Source of the DNA: Defluviitaleaceae bacterium
GTDB lineage: Bacteria > Bacillota > Clostridia > Lachnospirales > WRAX01
Assembly (NCBI GenBank): GCA_009787945.1
Contig: WQSI01000003.1
Span: forward strand, 1 to 34,541
Length of the DNA: 34,541 bases
Direction of reading: 5' to 3'
Every line of letters begins with the position of its first letter. Positions within the stretch are counted from its first letter, which is position 1. A program made the position numbers and the translations under genes. Shown here one piece after another: positions 1 to 7,795 of this stretch. A model generated the notes under the pieces. It saw only the letters and a program-made list of their open reading frames with translations. It made no database searches and was not told where the DNA came from.

Positions 1-647
1 TCCATAACCATTACAGGGAAAGCATCAACAGACACACATTCAAAATCACCATTTTTGATGATTAGAGCGTTTAACTGCCCTTCTTTCTTAACCCCTGCTC
101 CTCCGTCAATATCAATGATACGCATACAGTCATTAAAAAGGATGTTGTAGCACGGGAAGATATTACGATAATTGACAGTGGGCCAATGCCCAACGATTAC
201 CCATTTTTCAAAAGGCTCACCATCGTAAGACCCCATAAAATTAGGGGTTGTTAGGCATTTTATTACGTCCTGTTGGTCTAGAGGTTTGTTTTCTAGCCCT
301 GCATGAACAAAAATGAAGTCATCACTTTCGATAATGATTGGTAGACCGCAAACCCAATCCCACATCTCGTCAGTGTAAAAATCTGCCCTTCCCCAGTCGC
401 AGTTACCGCGCAAAACATGGACATTTGGGCGTTTTGCCAGCTCCATCACATAATGGAAGCAGGGTTCGGGCTGACTGCCTTTCAAGTAGAAGTCGCCTAA
501 AATCACCAGAATATCATCATCACAAAAGCTGACTTTCTCAAGCAGGCTTTTGAACAAATCAAGCTCCCCATGAATGTCAGAAATAGCAATCAGCCGCCTA
601 TCCTGCGGTATGTCCAACTTTTGGATTATCAATTTTGGTGCATCCAT
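1..647 (-). CDS. Calcineurin-like metallophosphoesterase (3' end runs off the window)
   Basis: Not in the ORF track. Manual translation from ATG at 647 (RBS AAGGGAG) gives MDAPKLIIQKLDIPQDRRLIAISDIHG...ILGDFYLKG...LRGNCD...FVHAG...VGHWP...IDIDGG, the metallophosphoesterase motifs. Frame is open to the window edge. Confidence 0.85.
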   Translation of the reverse strand, partial: MDAPKLIIQKLDIPQDRRLIAISDIHGELDLFKSLLEKVSFCDDDILVILGDFYLKGSQPEPCFHYVMELAKRPNVHVLRGNCDWGRADFYTDEMWDWVCGLPIIIESDDFIFVHAGLENKPLDQQDVIKCLTTPNFMGSYDGEPFEKWVIVGHWPTVNYRNIFPCYNILFNDCMRIIDIDGGAGVKKEGQLNALIIKNGDFECVSVDAFPVMVM

Positions 648-704
648 CAACTTCACTCCCTTTTGCAAGACCAATTCCAGCCATCACCTGATTAACATGG
701 TAAT

Positions 705-1430
705 TTATGACATTCCGCCATCAATGGCAACAACCTGCCCCGTCATATAAGCGCAATTCGCAATAAAGTAAACCAAGTCTGCAACCTCTTCGGGTTTGCC
801 ATAGCGGCGCAGGCTCACGCTGTCTAAAATAGACTTTTTAACGGCTTCTGGCAGGGTGTCTGTCATGTCGGTTTCGATAAACCCAGGGGCAACGCAGTTT
901 GCGGTGATGCCGCGGCTGCCAAGCTCTTTAGCAACAGACTTGGTAAGCCCTACAAGCCCCGCCTTGGAAGCAGAATAGTTGGCTTGCCCAGCATTGCCTG
1001 TAAGCCCTACAACACTAGCAATATTCACAATTGCGCCGCTTTTTTGCTTTAGCATGATGCCAGAAGCGTGGCGGATGGTGTTGAAAGCACCTTTCAAATT
1101 GGTGTTTACCACCGCATCAAAATCATCTTCTTTCATCTTTAAAATCAGCCCATCACGGGTAATTCCCGCGTTATTAACAAGATAGTCAACAGAGCCGAAT
1201 TTTTCTTTAGCTTGGTTTATAAGCTCCTCTGCCTGGGCAAAATCGCTAACATCAGCCTTTACGGCTAACGCGCCTACGCCAAGCCCCTCAATTTCCGCCA
1301 CAAGCTCCTTGGGGTCTGTGGACAAATAGTTTACCACCACATTAACCCCATTTTTGGCAAATTTTAGGGCAATGGCGCGCCCAATCCCTTTAGCTCCGCC
1401 AGTTACAACAGCAGTTTTCACGTGGAACAT
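705..1430 (-). CDS. fabG: 3-oxoacyl-ACP reductase
   Basis: TGGAKGIG, NNAGITRD and YSASK SDR motifs; fab operon context. Confidence 0.95.
   Translation of the reverse strand: MFHVKTAVVTGGAKGIGRAIALKFAKNGVNVVVNYLSTDPKELVAEIEGLGVGALAVKADVSDFAQAEELINQAKEKFGSVDYLVNNAGITRDGLILKMKEDDFDAVVNTNLKGAFNTIRHASGIMLKQKSGAIVNIASVVGLTGNAGQANYSASKAGLVGLTKSVAKELGSRGITANCVAPGFIETDMTDTLPEAVKKSILDSVSLRRYGKPEEVADLVYFIANCAYMTGQVVAIDGGMS
1414..1429. other. parS-like site
   Basis: Minus strand reads TGTTCCACGTGAAAAC, a 14/16 match to the parS consensus TGTTNCACGTGAAACA. It overlaps the first fabG codons (MFHVK). Confidence 0.4.
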
Positions 1431-1436
1431 TCCTCC

Positions 1437-2330
1437 CTATTTCAAACTTTCAACTGTAAGCGCGAAAGTTTCCACGCTGTCATCAATTTTCTTAACAAAA
1501 TTTACCAAAGTTTCACCAACGCCCATTTCAATGAAGCGTTTGCCCTTCATGTCAATGGCTTTCATAACAGAAGTGTCCCAACAAACAGGGCTAATCATAT
1601 GTTTCGACATATGTTCTGCCAAGTCCTCATAAGTCAGCACGTCAGCAGTGACATTAGAAATTATTGGCAAATTGGCAGAGCTTATAGCAATCCCAGCGGC
1701 TTCATCTTTCAATTTTGCCGCTGCAACGTCCATTAGCGGGGTATGGAATGGTCCAGCAACTTTCAACGGCAAAGCCTTGCCTTTGTAGACATTTTTAACC
1801 TTATCCACGCAGAAATCCAAAGCGGCTTTTTCACCAGAAATCACCACTTGTTCGGGGGTGTTAAAATTAGCCGCCGCTACAAAACCCACATCTTTAGCTG
1901 ACTTGCATAGTTCCTCAATACTTTCATCGCAAAGGTTCATAACAGCAACCATTCCACCAGGTTTAGCAAATTCAGCCATTAGCAAACCCCGTTTATGCAC
2001 CAATTTCACAGTATCAGCAAAACTGAGAACATCAGCAGCGGCAAGTGCTGTATATTCCCCGAGGGATAAGCCCATTAAAAGCCCTGGACGACCCCCTTCC
2101 TGCTCATAAGCGCGGTACATAGCAATTCCCGCAGTTACAAGGGCAGGCTGTGCAAATTGGGTCAAAGCCAGTTGTTTGTCAGCATCCTCAAAGCAGAGCT
2201 TGGCAACATCCATGCCCAAGGCGTCGCTTGCCTCCTCAAAAGTCTGGCGAGCCACGGCAAATTCATCATAAAAAGCCTTACCCATCCCTGCCTTTTGCGC
2301 CCCTTGACCACTAAACATAATTACATCCAT
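1437..2330 (-). CDS. fabD: Malonyl-CoA:ACP transacylase
   Basis: FSGQGAQ, GLSLGEY catalytic Ser, AQPAL, GPFHT. Confidence 0.95.
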   Translation of the reverse strand: MDVIMFSGQGAQKAGMGKAFYDEFAVARQTFEEASDALGMDVAKLCFEDADKQLALTQFAQPALVTAGIAMYRAYEQEGGRPGLLMGLSLGEYTALAAADVLSFADTVKLVHKRGLLMAEFAKPGGMVAVMNLCDESIEELCKSAKDVGFVAAANFNTPEQVVISGEKAALDFCVDKVKNVYKGKALPLKVAGPFHTPLMDVAAAKLKDEAAGIAISSANLPIISNVTADVLTYEDLAEHMSKHMISPVCWDTSVMKAIDMKGKRFIEMGVGETLVNFVKKIDDSVETFALTVESLK

Positions 2331-3272
2331 CTAAGCACCCCCAACCAATGCAGTATATTCGCTCCAAATCTCTTGAATAATCTCATCAGCAGTTTGCTCT
2401 TTTGTTACCATAGCCGCAACCTGCCCCGCCATCAAAGACCCTCCCTGCACATCACCGTCAACAACTGCTTTGCGCAACGCACCTGCCGCAAAGGCTTCTA
2501 ACGCTGCAATGTCGGGTTTTTCCTTCATGGCTTCTTCTTTTTCTAAGGCGATGTATTGGGTGGTTAACTTGTTACGCAGGGAGCGGACAGGATGACCAGA
2601 AATTGTTCCCGTCACCACGCTGTCAATGTCCTTAGACTTGATGACGGCGTTTTTATAGTTTTGGTGCGCCCAACATTCTTTGGCCACTAGAAAGCGCGTG
2701 CCAATTTGCACCCCTTCTGCCCCAAGCATAAAGGATGCGGCAACACCACGCCCGTCAGCTATACCCCCTGCCGCAAGAACAGGGATGGACACAGCGTCAA
2801 CAATTTGCGGCACAAGTGCCATGGTGGTTAACTTGCCAATGTGCCCGCCAGCTTCCATGCCCTCTGCCACAACTGCCGCCGCCCCGATTTTCTCCATCTT
2901 TTTCGCAATGGCAACAGAGGGTACAACAGGGATAACCTTCACCCCTGCCGCGTTAAAGGCTTCCATATATTTGGTTGGCGACCCTGCTCCAGTGGTAACA
3001 ATTTTCACACCTTCATCACAGCACAACTGGGCAATTTCGTCTGCGAAAGGCGACATTAGCATCACATTAACCCCAAAAGGTTTGTCTGTTAGGGATTTAG
3101 CCTTTTGAATTTGCTCCCGCACATAATCCGCAGGGGCAGCCCCAGCCGCAATAATCCCAAGGCCGCCTGCATTGGAAACTGCCGCCGCAAGCCCAGCTTC
3201 AGACACCCACGCCATGCCTCCTTGAAAAACGGGATATTTAATCCCTAATAACTCACAAATCCTGTTATTCAT
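2331..3272 (-). CDS. fabK: Enoyl-ACP reductase II
   Basis: PVFQGGMAWVS, EGMEAGGHIG, AAGGIADGRG, GSLMAGQ. Confidence 0.95.
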   Translation of the reverse strand: MNNRICELLGIKYPVFQGGMAWVSEAGLAAAVSNAGGLGIIAAGAAPADYVREQIQKAKSLTDKPFGVNVMLMSPFADEIAQLCCDEGVKIVTTGAGSPTKYMEAFNAAGVKVIPVVPSVAIAKKMEKIGAAAVVAEGMEAGGHIGKLTTMALVPQIVDAVSIPVLAAGGIADGRGVAASFMLGAEGVQIGTRFLVAKECWAHQNYKNAVIKSKDIDSVVTGTISGHPVRSLRNKLTTQYIALEKEEAMKEKPDIAALEAFAAGALRKAVVDGDVQGGSLMAGQVAAMVTKEQTADEIIQEIWSEYTALVGGA

Positions 3273-3324
3273 TAAAACACCCCTTTATAATTTTCCATAA
3301 TAAGCCATTTAACGGAAACACGCT

Positions 3325-4293
3325 CTAAATAGACAAAAGAACACTGCCCCAAGTCAAACCTCCGCCAAAGCCCACCAAAATTACCTTTTTGCCAGAGCCT
3401 TGCTTTAGCTTACCTTCTTTGAACATCTCGCTCAAAGCAATAGGTATGCTTGCGGCAGATGTGTTGCCGTACCTTTGTATGTTCACATAAAACTTTTCTA
3501 AACTTGTCTTTAGCTTCTTGGCAATCCCTTCAATAATGCGGCTGTTAGCCTGATGAGGAACGATAAAGTCAATATCATCAATTGTCATGCCTGTCTGCTC
3601 TAAAATTTCGCTGATATTTGCACTGGCTTCTTTTACAGCAAAATTGAAAACCTCTTGCCCGTCCAGCTTTAGGAAGTCATACTCCCCCCGCTCTCGCTGG
3701 CTAAATGGGTTCACAACTTCTGCAAAACCGCCATTTATCACCCTGTCACCACGGGAGCGCAACCGCTCGGCAAAAAAGCCCTCCTCGTCGGCAGACAACA
3801 AAACGCCCCCTGCCCCATCCCCGAAAAGAATGGAAGAGCCGCGGTCGCTCCAATCCGTCACCTTACTTAACACATCTGCACCGATGACCAAAACATTTTT
3901 GTATTGCTTAGTAAGCAAAAACTTTTGAGCGACGCTAACCCCGTAAACAAAGCCGCTGCAAGCCGCCGAAAGGTCGAAAGCAAAGGCATTTGTTGCCCCA
4001 ATTTCCGCCTGAACAAGGCAAGCAACCGAAGGGGTTCCATAGTCTGGCGTGAAGGTTGCCACAAGCACCATGTCAATATCCTCTGGAGCTGTGCCGCTTG
4101 CTTCTAAAATTTGTTTCGCCACTTGGATACACAAATCAGACGTATTCTCACCTTCCGAAATACGCCTTTCACTCACTCCCGTCCGCTTGACAATCCATTC
4201 GTCCGTCGTGTCCACCCATGTGCTGATTTTGTGATTATCAAGCACAGCGGAGGGCACGTAATGGGCGCAAGCCCTAATTTTTACACCTGTCAT
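3325..4293 (-). CDS. fabH: Beta-ketoacyl-ACP synthase III
   Basis: AACSGF (Cys), PHQAN (His), GNTSAASIP (Asn), GFGGGLTWG. Confidence 0.95.
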   Translation of the reverse strand: MTGVKIRACAHYVPSAVLDNHKISTWVDTTDEWIVKRTGVSERRISEGENTSDLCIQVAKQILEASGTAPEDIDMVLVATFTPDYGTPSVACLVQAEIGATNAFAFDLSAACSGFVYGVSVAQKFLLTKQYKNVLVIGADVLSKVTDWSDRGSSILFGDGAGGVLLSADEEGFFAERLRSRGDRVINGGFAEVVNPFSQRERGEYDFLKLDGQEVFNFAVKEASANISEILEQTGMTIDDIDFIVPHQANSRIIEGIAKKLKTSLEKFYVNIQRYGNTSAASIPIALSEMFKEGKLKQGSGKKVILVGFGGGLTWGSVLLSI

Positions 4294-4346
4294 AATAAAG
4301 CCCTCCTGACACTATTCAATTATGCACTTTCACATCGTACTTTCAC

Positions 4347-4376
4347 ATTATAATCCAAACAAGCCCTGCTTGTCAA
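4347..4376 (-). promoter_or_regulatory. Sigma-A promoter of the fab operon
   Basis: TTGACA-18 bp-TATAAT on the minus strand upstream of fabH. Confidence 0.7.
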
Positions 4377-4399
4377 GAATTAAATATCGCTAAATTGCG

Positions 4400-5026
4400 T
4401 CAAGACGAAATAGCTTCTGCAATTTTGCCTTGAACATCCAAAAACAAACGAACAAGAGCAGGGTCGAAGTGGACACCGCCATCATTTTTTATTATCTCTA
4501 CGGCTTTCGCATGGGAAAAGGCATCTTTATACGGGCGTTTGGTAACAAGAGCGTCATATACATCCGCAATAGCAATAACCCGCCCCAAAAGCGGGATTTC
4601 CCTGCCCTTCAAGCCTTTGTGATACCCGCCGCCATCCCAACGCTCGTGATGGCTTTCCGCAATAACCTTAGCATACTGCAAAAGCTTGCTATCTGGCACT
4701 TTCAAAAGCATTTCTCCCACAATTTTGCCCCCAAGGGCAGTATGATTCTTAACCAATTCAAACTCCACATCAGTCAACGACCCAGACTTTAGCAAAATAC
4801 TATCACGAATGGCTATCTTGCCAACATCATGCAGCTGAGAAGCGTCAGCCGCAATGTCAATATCAATCTCCGACATCTCTTCAGCATAAAAACCACTTGC
4901 CTCCAAAGCCTCCAACAAAATCCGCACAAAAAGACGCACGCGCCCCACATGACCGTCCGCCGCCGTCCCCCTATGCTCAATAACTTCCGCCATCATCTCA
5001 ATTAAAGCTTTCTCCAATCCACTCAC
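4400..5026 (-). CDS. Stand-alone HD-GYP family phosphodiesterase
   Basis: LHDVGK, HHERWDGGGY, IADVYDAL, RPYK, HFDP. Start moved to GTG at 5026 behind RBS GGGGGTGA, because the ORF-track start lies inside the promoter. Confidence 0.85.
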   Translation of the reverse strand: MSGLEKALIEMMAEVIEHRGTAADGHVGRVRLFVRILLEALEASGFYAEEMSEIDIDIAADASQLHDVGKIAIRDSILLKSGSLTDVEFELVKNHTALGGKIVGEMLLKVPDSKLLQYAKVIAESHHERWDGGGYHKGLKGREIPLLGRVIAIADVYDALVTKRPYKDAFSHAKAVEIIKNDGGVHFDPALVRLFLDVQGKIAEAISS

Positions 5027-5046
5027 GGGTTCACCCCCACAAATAA

Positions 5047-5094
5047 CATTATACCACAAAAACAAACAATTTCAAGTGGCAAAAACCCCAAACA
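5047..5094. repeat. 48-bp exact direct repeat, copy 1 (contains a minus-strand sigma-A promoter)
   Basis: CATTATACCACAAAAACAAACAATTTCAAGTGGCAAAAACCCCAAACA is identical to 6671-6718. Minus strand reads TTGAAA-16 bp-TATAAT with an extended TG. Confidence 0.95.
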
Positions 5095-5098
5095 TCAT

Positions 5099-5221
5099 TA
5101 TAAAGAAGAAAGAGCCGTGGAAGTTGCAAACTTCATCGCCAGAAGCAACGCCACAGTGCAAGAAACCGCAAGACAGTTTGGTATTTCCAAATCAACTGTT
5201 CATGTGGTTACAACAAAATAG
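5099..5221 (+). pseudogene. spoIIID: spoIIID 5' fragment lacking promoter, RBS and start
   Basis: 5104-5203 matches 6803-6902 at 91/100 nt by manual count. Translates YKEERAVEVANFIARSNATVQETARQFGISKSTVHVVTTK*. Confidence 0.9.
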
Positions 5222-5249
5222 ATGTGTTAATTTGGGTAATAAAATAACG

Positions 5250-5299
5250 CAAAAACAGCGAGAGCATTGGGGTTCAGACCAACATTCTCGCTGTTTTTG
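5250..5299. terminator. Long hairpin, probable terminator of the 5332-6669 gene
   Basis: 14-bp stem CAAAAACAGCGAGA / TCTCGCTGTTTTTG plus an inner TTGG/CCAA stem. Confidence 0.65.
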
Positions 5300-5331
5300 T
5301 GCAGTTAGTTACGACCGAATAACAATATACC

Positions 5332-6669
5332 TCATAATGAATATTTGCGAGTAAGTAAATTCGGGACTTCTTGCCTTTGCGCTAAGTCGCCTCTCTCCTT
5401 AATCACTTTTTCATAGGCATTTTCGTCATTGCCGTTTTGTATAAGTATAGAAGTGTAACTTTGTAATTCCCTAATTTTTTCATTCTTCCTTATCTCTTCA
5501 ATTGCATCTTTGCTCATATAAGCTCTATCAGAATACCTAAAAATTAAAAAGCAGATGGCAGACAATTTATTTTCGAGGTCAAGAGATGTAAACTGTTTCT
5601 TGAAATTATCGTACCTCTTCGCTCTCGCCTCCTCCTCCATGATAATCATAACAATACTATGTGTCTTATACGGGAAAACGCACAGATGTATTTCTGATTT
5701 ATCGTCATCTGTATCCTTGGGGTAATATATTACATTTCCTTCGAAATCGCAATCAACCACAATAGAGCTTTGAAAGGCGAATGGCACTATGTAATCTAAT
5801 TTTTCAAAGAAGAAACAACCATATTTCTTCTCTTTATCATCATTTATTGAGCCTTTGAGGGCGTGATACCTACTTGTATATTTGTGCAAGTCATGAGTTT
5901 CCTGTTGGATTTGCAATTTAAACATACACCGAACACCAGACAGATGTAAAAGCCTTGCTTCTGCCTCTTCAATATTAGGCGAGGTTTCATTACATATACT
6001 ATTATATATGTTGTTTCCCTCAGTTATAATAATATCTAACCCCGACCTATATAGAGCGAGAGTCCCTTCTAATTGGGAGATTCTCTGTAACAAATTTTTG
6101 CCCACAATTTCGAGCATCATTTTGTGCGTCAAGTCATTTATACAGTTAAGTGGAAGGTTTTCATAATCTAAACGTATAGCTTCACATTCATTGCATAGTA
6201 TCTCAAAAGTACCAGCTTCTTTTTTTATGCCATGCTCGCTTTTGTGAATACTATATCCATATGACAAGCTCGCAAAAGTCATTACGCGACCATCTCCGCA
6301 TTTAGATTTGATGTTTTTTAGTACAGATCTAGGTATAGAGTGAGAATTTGCTGGGCGTTTAATTATTTCTTTTTCACAACATATGCAATTTTCTCTATCG
6401 TTGTATTTTTTAGAGCCTTCCCACATTTCATTAAAAAACCTCTTAGTCGTGTCAATCTTTTCTTTGTCGTTTTCATCAATGAAAAAAAGTGTTGATATAT
6501 CCGAAATCAAAATAGTGCACCTCCAGATCCTTGTAGTATTCATTATCATATACGCCAAAAAATATATTTTGCCTACTCTTATTTCGTTCAGCGAAATTTG
6601 CTTAACACCCTTATTAAAATCACTCTCCAGCAACTCTCCCTCCCCATAAATCTCAAACCACCTCTCCAT
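5332..6669 (-). CDS. AT-rich hypothetical protein with a putative Zn/HNH-like motif
   Basis: 445-aa ORF with CICC...NSHSIPRSVL...AGTFEILCNEC. Visibly more AT-rich than its neighbours. The real start may be TTG at 6633 (RBS GGAGGGAG). Confidence 0.7.
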   Translation of the reverse strand: MERWFEIYGEGELLESDFNKGVKQISLNEIRVGKIYFLAYMIMNTTRIWRCTILISDISTLFFIDENDKEKIDTTKRFFNEMWEGSKKYNDRENCICCEKEIIKRPANSHSIPRSVLKNIKSKCGDGRVMTFASLSYGYSIHKSEHGIKKEAGTFEILCNECEAIRLDYENLPLNCINDLTHKMMLEIVGKNLLQRISQLEGTLALYRSGLDIIITEGNNIYNSICNETSPNIEEAEARLLHLSGVRCMFKLQIQQETHDLHKYTSRYHALKGSINDDKEKKYGCFFFEKLDYIVPFAFQSSIVVDCDFEGNVIYYPKDTDDDKSEIHLCVFPYKTHSIVMIIMEEEARAKRYDNFKKQFTSLDLENKLSAICFLIFRYSDRAYMSKDAIEEIRKNEKIRELQSYTSILIQNGNDENAYEKVIKERGDLAQRQEVPNLLTRKYSL

Positions 6670-6670
6670 T

Positions 6671-6718
6671 CATTATACCACAAAAACAAACAATTTCAAG
6701 TGGCAAAAACCCCAAACA
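6671..6718. repeat. 48-bp exact direct repeat, copy 2
   Basis: Identical to 5047-5094. Confidence 0.95.
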
Positions 6719-6727
6719 CCACAAAAA

Positions 6728-6756
6728 TCATATCCATACCCAAACCGACATATATT
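6728..6756 (+). promoter_or_regulatory. Sigma-E-type promoter of spoIIID
   Basis: TCATAT...CATATATT resembles the sigma-E consensus; spoIIID is a known sigma-E target. Confidence 0.7.
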
Positions 6757-6788
6757 GTGAAGAGCGAAAATTTAAGGGGGCAATCTTC

Positions 6789-7064
6789 GTGAAGGCCTAT
6801 ATAGAAGAAAGAGCCGTAGAAGTTGCAAACTTCATCGTCGGAAGCAACGCCACAGTGCGGGAAACCGCAAGGCAGTTTGGCATTTCAAAGTCAACTGTTC
6901 ATAAAGACGTTACAGAAAGACTACTGAGAATCAACCCTAAATTGGCTAACCAGGCTAAAAAAGTTTTAGAGGTTAACAAAAGTGAGCGGCATATTAGGGG
7001 CGGCATGGCGACTAAGGAAAAGTACATGGCAGCTTCTGGTAGAGGGCCTGGCAGAATACATTAA
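6789..7064 (+). CDS. spoIIID: Sporulation transcription regulator SpoIIID
   Basis: MKAYIEERAVEVANFI...ATVRETARQFGISKSTVHKDVTERL...NKSERHIRGGMATKEKY; RBS AAGGGGG. Confidence 0.97.
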   Translation: MKAYIEERAVEVANFIVGSNATVRETARQFGISKSTVHKDVTERLLRINPKLANQAKKVLEVNKSERHIRGGMATKEKYMAASGRGPGRIH

Positions 7065-7067
7065 GAA

Positions 7068-7104
7068 CAAATGGTGGTTGCCCTGTTGGGGTGCCGCCAT
7101 TTTT
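7068..7104 (+). terminator. Intrinsic terminator
   Basis: AAATGGTGG...CCGCCATTTTT hairpin directly after the spoIIID stop. Confidence 0.65.
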
Positions 7105-7134
7105 AAATTTAGAGGGCTAATGTTAATAAAGTGC

Positions 7135-7163
7135 TGGACTTTATTTAGATGCTGTGGTATAAT
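7135..7163 (+). promoter_or_regulatory. Sigma-A promoter
   Basis: TGGACT-17 bp-TATAAT with extended TG. Confidence 0.6.
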
Positions 7164-7194
7164 TCAGGCAATTAAAAGTGCAGGAGGACACAAA

Positions 7195-7755
7195 ATGAAT
7201 GAGGTATTGAAAGCTATCGAAACCCGTTTTTCAAACCGAGGTTTTAAAGGGGATAAAATTGATGAGGACAAGATGAAAGCAATTGCGAAGGCGGCTTTGC
7301 ACGCGCCCTCTGCCATTAACCGACAGCCTTGGAGGTTGATTGTTATAAATGACAAGGATATTGTTTCAAAGCTTGATGATTCTGCGTTGGTTCACATTAA
7401 ATCCTTGAAAGACCAGAGCTTTTACAACCGTATCATGGAAAGGGGAGGTAAGGTTTTTTATGATGCCCCAGCCCTATATTTGATACTAAAGGAGAAGGGC
7501 TGGAGATGGTCGGAAATGGATGCAGGGATAATGACCCAAAATATAACCCTTGCCGCTCACTCTCTTGGGCTGGATTCTGTTATTGTTGCCACGGCAGACT
7601 TTGCCTTTCAAGGGGAAGATTCGGAGGAGATAAAGAAGCTCATAAAATGGTCAGAGCCTGAGAAATGGGAGTTTGCCATGGGCGTTCTGGTTGGAGAAGG
7701 AACGAATAAGAAAGACCCACATGAAATTGACTGGGAAAAAGTGGTATTTGTTTAA
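7195..7755 (+). CDS. Nitroreductase family protein
   Basis: AIETRFSNRGF, APSAINRQPW, DAGIMTQNITLAAHSLGLDS; ATG at 7195 with RBS AGGAGG. Confidence 0.9.
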   Translation: MNEVLKAIETRFSNRGFKGDKIDEDKMKAIAKAALHAPSAINRQPWRLIVINDKDIVSKLDDSALVHIKSLKDQSFYNRIMERGGKVFYDAPALYLILKEKGWRWSEMDAGIMTQNITLAAHSLGLDSVIVATADFAFQGEDSEEIKKLIKWSEPEKWEFAMGVLVGEGTNKKDPHEIDWEKVVFV

Positions 7756-7761
7756 CGTGAA

Positions 7762-7786
7762 AGGGGCGACCAATGGTCGCCCCTAC
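7762..7786 (-). repeat. GTAG-type REP-like palindrome between convergent genes (probable terminator)
   Basis: GTAGGGGCGACCATTGGTCGCCCCT on the minus strand; 11-bp perfect arms. Confidence 0.65.
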
Positions 7787-7795
7787 CATTTTTTA

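Noticed and set aside
5076-5354. 92-aa plus-strand ORF
   Set aside because: It is an off-frame reading of the spoIIID fragment and hairpin, with no RBS.
6982-7194. N-terminal extension of the nitroreductase in the ORF track
   Set aside because: It overlaps spoIIID, its terminator and a promoter; the strong RBS is at ATG 7195.
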